NCBI GenBank assembly: GCA_965215885.1
Contig: CBDCEW010000004.1
Location: 1 to 64,000 of the forward strand
DNA: 64,000 nt
Origin: Candidatus Moanibacter sp.
GTDB lineage: Bacteria; Verrucomicrobiota; Verrucomicrobiia; Opitutales; UBA2987
Direction of reading: 5' to 3'
The position numbers were made by a program, and so were the translations under genes. Position 1 is the stretch's first letter; every line of letters begins with the position of its first letter. A model generated the notes under the pieces. The model searched no databases and was not told where the DNA came from. It saw only the letters and a list, made by a program, of their open reading frames with translations. Shown here piece after piece: positions 60,835-64,000 of this stretch.

Positions 60835-63183
60835 TCAGAACCGTAAGGTGACCTTTCCGTAAATACTTCGTTCAACCTCCGTGGACTGAACCGTCAAGAA
60901 TCGCGCCGGAAATTCCGCGTGACTTTGTTGGAGAAGATTCTGTCCGACGATTGACAATTCAAGGTCTTTTCGCGGTCTCCAGCCGAGCCGCAAATCCAAC
61001 TCCAGGTAACTGTCGATATCTAAGCCGGGAAGGTAGTCCACGTATCTCAGCGTGCTGTCGAGATTCAGTTGCTTCGGAAGATCGAGGTAAGAGCGCAGCG
61101 AAAACTGATTTTCGGGGCTCTCGTTTTCCGTCATCGTCGACAGGAGTGTCCTTTCACCTTCCGTAGACCGAAGCTCCATTTCCAAATATGAATAGGTCAA
61201 CTGAAGGCGCCATCGGTCAGTCGCCTGCCATGCGGCGGAAAGCTCTGCTCCGTAAGTGCGTCCCGATAGACTGTTGGAAAAAGTCATTGGAAAAACTAAA
61301 TGGGGCACCGGAAGGGGACTCAGGAAAATGGAGGAGGCGGTCGTTCCCCTTAAGCCTGCGTACTTATTGAAATATCCTGTGAAATCCAGAGTCATACGGA
61401 CACTCGGCTTGATGCGGTAACCGACTTCATACGCTGTGAGTACTTCGGAGCCAAATGCGGGTTTGCCGGTTATTTCCAATTTGAGTGGAAGGGGCGAGAA
61501 CGGCGTCGGAGCATCCACTCTAGCAATCAACCGGATATCATGATCCGCTCGGGAAGGCGTGCGGACGGCCCGGGAGGCCGACGCCCAAAGGGTATGTCTG
61601 TCGTTTGGTGTCCAGAGTATTCGAGCGCTCGGTTGAAACTCGAATCCAGTAAAGTCATTGTATTCCATTTTCGTCCCGACCGTCACTGCGAGACGCTCTG
61701 CCAAAAGCTCAATTTCGTCCTGCACAAACGCGCTAAAGAGATCGATCCCTCTCCCCTCGTCTCGAATACTTCGCACCTCATAGCTTTCTTTGAGCTGATC
61801 CTCTGAGAATCGGTAACCCCCTCCCCAGATAATCTCGTGCCTTCTCCCCGCCCTGAAACGGTGCTGAAAGTCAACGTCAAAAGTGTTTCGCACTTCTCCG
61901 ATCGAAATCATCTCTCGGGAAGTGTGATCGAAGTAGAGCTGAAGAACGAAGTCCGAACCGGGCGAGAATTTGTGCGTCCAACGAACGAGCACGTTGCCTC
62001 CTGAAATGGCGACAGTCTCGGGAATCTCCTGCAGGTAGGGCGGCACGAGGGTGAAGGAGTGCGCCACTTGCTTTCCGTAACCGTGATAAAGATCTCCCTG
62101 AAAAGTGAGGAAATCGGAATCACGGGGTCTCCAATCGAGAAGAAATCCCGCCTGCCCCATCTCGCGCGCGGCGTATGTGTTACTTCCATCAGTCTGAACT
62201 GAGTCGTCACGACTGAAGTATTTACCGTAAACGCGGTAGTGCAACTTGCTGCCAACCTGGTCGCCATAGCGGAAACCGGCAAATACCGTCTCTTCATTTC
62301 CTCCTCCGGCGCTTAGTAGGAGCCCCTGGGTATCCTTCGCTCTCTTGGTCAGAATGTTGATAACACCGTTCACCGCATTGGCGCCCCACAGGGTGGCACC
62401 AGGACCCCGGATGATTTCTATTCGGTCAATATCCTCGAGAAGCGTGTCCTGCACGTCCCAGTAAACTCCGGAGAACAAAGGTGTGTAGACGCTGCGACCG
62501 TCCACCATCACGAGGAGCTTATTGGCAAACTGATCATTGAATCCCCTGGCACTTACAGCCCAAATGCTCTTGTTCACCCTGGCAATGTTCAGCCCCGGGC
62601 TGATCCTCAGGGCTTCCGGAATGCTGGTAACTCCGGTTCGTTTAATGTCCGTTTGTGTAATTACGAAAATGGCCGCTGGAGCCTGGGAGAGCTTTTGCGC
62701 CTTTCTCGATACGGATGTGACCTTTATGTTGGCCAAGTCCTCGAGGCTGAGTTCTGTGAGATCAAAGGGCGAACCGTAGAGAGTGTCTGATTCACTCGTG
62801 AACTCAGCGTTCAATCCAAGCATCATGAAGAAGGAGTAGACGACTATAGGAAATCCAAATGAGAGTAAAAGTCGCCTCGCTCCGTACCGAATCCGTCTTA
62901 CCCGCAGCTTCTTACTTAGGGTCGTCCACAGTTCCCCTTCCTCATCGCAGAGAATCCGGAAGAGCGGGAATGTGATGAAACGATGACCCGGGGGTTTTTC
63001 AATTCTCGTCGTGAATTTCATCTGATATGAAATATCGACAACAGTTCCCGGATTCTTTAGCCCTTTTCTTCGAGAGGACGGAGCCGGACGGACTCTCCCG
63101 ATAACCCTCTGATAAGCAGGATTATAGTGATAAAAAGAGCCTGACAATCGAAGATTCGCACATCCGAGGCGGAGCAATCTCAT
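60835..63183 (-). CDS. TonB-dependent receptor (true start probably ~62830-63020)
   Basis: LSLEDLANIKVTSVSR, APAAIFVI, ARGFN, IEIIRGPGATLWGANAVNGVINI plug; terminal Phe. Confidence 0.93.
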   Translation of the reverse strand: MRLLRLGCANLRLSGSFYHYNPAYQRVIGRVRPAPSSRRKGLKNPGTVVDISYQMKFTTRIEKPPGHRFITFPLFRILCDEEGELWTTLSKKLRVRRIRYGARRLLLSFGFPIVVYSFFMMLGLNAEFTSESDTLYGSPFDLTELSLEDLANIKVTSVSRKAQKLSQAPAAIFVITQTDIKRTGVTSIPEALRISPGLNIARVNKSIWAVSARGFNDQFANKLLVMVDGRSVYTPLFSGVYWDVQDTLLEDIDRIEIIRGPGATLWGANAVNGVINILTKRAKDTQGLLLSAGGGNEETVFAGFRYGDQVGSKLHYRVYGKYFSRDDSVQTDGSNTYAAREMGQAGFLLDWRPRDSDFLTFQGDLYHGYGKQVAHSFTLVPPYLQEIPETVAISGGNVLVRWTHKFSPGSDFVLQLYFDHTSREMISIGEVRNTFDVDFQHRFRAGRRHEIIWGGGYRFSEDQLKESYEVRSIRDEGRGIDLFSAFVQDEIELLAERLAVTVGTKMEYNDFTGFEFQPSARILWTPNDRHTLWASASRAVRTPSRADHDIRLIARVDAPTPFSPLPLKLEITGKPAFGSEVLTAYEVGYRIKPSVRMTLDFTGYFNKYAGLRGTTASSIFLSPLPVPHLVFPMTFSNSLSGRTYGAELSAAWQATDRWRLQLTYSYLEMELRSTEGERTLLSTMTENESPENQFSLRSYLDLPKQLNLDSTLRYVDYLPGLDIDSYLELDLRLGWRPRKDLELSIVGQNLLQQSHAEFPARFLTVQSTEVERSIYGKVTLRF

Positions 63184-63398
63184 TGAATCTCAAGTTGTCG
63201 CGAAAATATGGCACTGATGCCTATTATTAAAATCATGTAAAGTTTCTATAAATAAATGGTAACATTCTTATCTCCAGAAACTTACGACTTGTTAAGGATT
63301 CCCCGATGGGATATTGACCCTAATCTACTGAAGAGTAGGAGACGAAGAGAAGCCACATCTCGCGCAGAGATTCCGGCGGATTCAGGTGCGTTCTCGAC

Positions 63399-64000
63399 AT
63401 GAAAGCGGTCACGCAAGAGCAACTCCATCGTATTCTGGTGATTGACGATAATCCGGCGATACATAATGACATCTGCAAGATTCTGGATGCAGGTCGGAAA
63501 GACAGATCTGGAATTGAACAAGCTGAAGCGCTTCTTTTCGGAGAGTCCGGGAGCAAAATCGACCCCATACGTTTCGAGATCGACTCCGCCTATCAGGGTA
63601 GGGAGGGTTTAAAGCTGGTCAGGCAGTCTCTCGCCGAATGCCGTCCCTATGCCATGGCCTTCGTCGATGTGCGGATGCCCCCAGGTTGGGATGGTATTGA
63701 GACGATTACCCGAATCTGGAAAACCTATCCCGATCTGCAGATTGTGATTTGCACGGCCTATTCGGATTACGCCTGGGAAGACATTTCGAAGGAACTTGGG
63801 TGTTCCGACAGTGTGGTGATCTTGAAGAAGCCTTTTGACAATATCGAGGTGCTTCAACTCGCCCATACCTTATCGCAAAAGTGGCTTCTTTCACAGAAAG
63901 TTAAGGAGAGACTGGAAGAACTCGATGGCGAAGTTCACAAGCGAACGCGCGAACTGCGGAAAGCAGTGGACAGACTCAAGGGCGAGGTCGAGGAGCGAAA
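63399..64000 (+). CDS. Receiver-domain signalling protein, cut by the window end
   Basis: ILVIDDN, AFVDVRMPPGWDG, CTAYSD, KKPFD; paralogous to the N-terminus of 54164-56311. Confidence 0.88.
   Translation, partial: MKAVTQEQLHRILVIDDNPAIHNDICKILDAGRKDRSGIEQAEALLFGESGSKIDPIRFEIDSAYQGREGLKLVRQSLAECRPYAMAFVDVRMPPGWDGIETITRIWKTYPDLQIVICTAYSDYAWEDISKELGCSDSVVILKKPFDNIEVLQLAHTLSQKWLLSQKVKERLEELDGEVHKRTRELRKAVDRLKGEVEER

Overview
Accessory-rich 64-kb window, probably from a PVC-superphylum bacterium (Verrucomicrobiota/Opitutales-like; inferred from sulfatase richness, a LEPRxLL-type signal and REP types). 950-14091 is an integron cassette array with no integrase in the window. It has 12 attC sites whose R''/R' cores pair cassette by cassette, and two attI-like sites. 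Its cassettes encode DUF2513, an M28 peptidase, two GNATs, two HEPN proteins, an HNH nuclease, a 2H phosphoesterase, a cytoplasmic trypsin-like protease and a full arylsulfatase; one attC is split by IS66. 14-35 kb is a decaying sulfatase/sialidase/PhyH mosaic with IS4, an ISNCY/IS5-like element, a Mutator-like frameshifting element, a solitary attC and a GxxExxY gene bracketed by inverted repeats. 35-54 kb holds sugar oxidoreductases, secreted proteins and REP/MITE piles. 54-64 kb is a TonB-dependent receptor-YfiR-histidine kinase-hybrid kinase locus interrupted by IS1380. No rRNA, tRNA or CRISPR array was recognised. All family calls are from motif recognition, not database searches.
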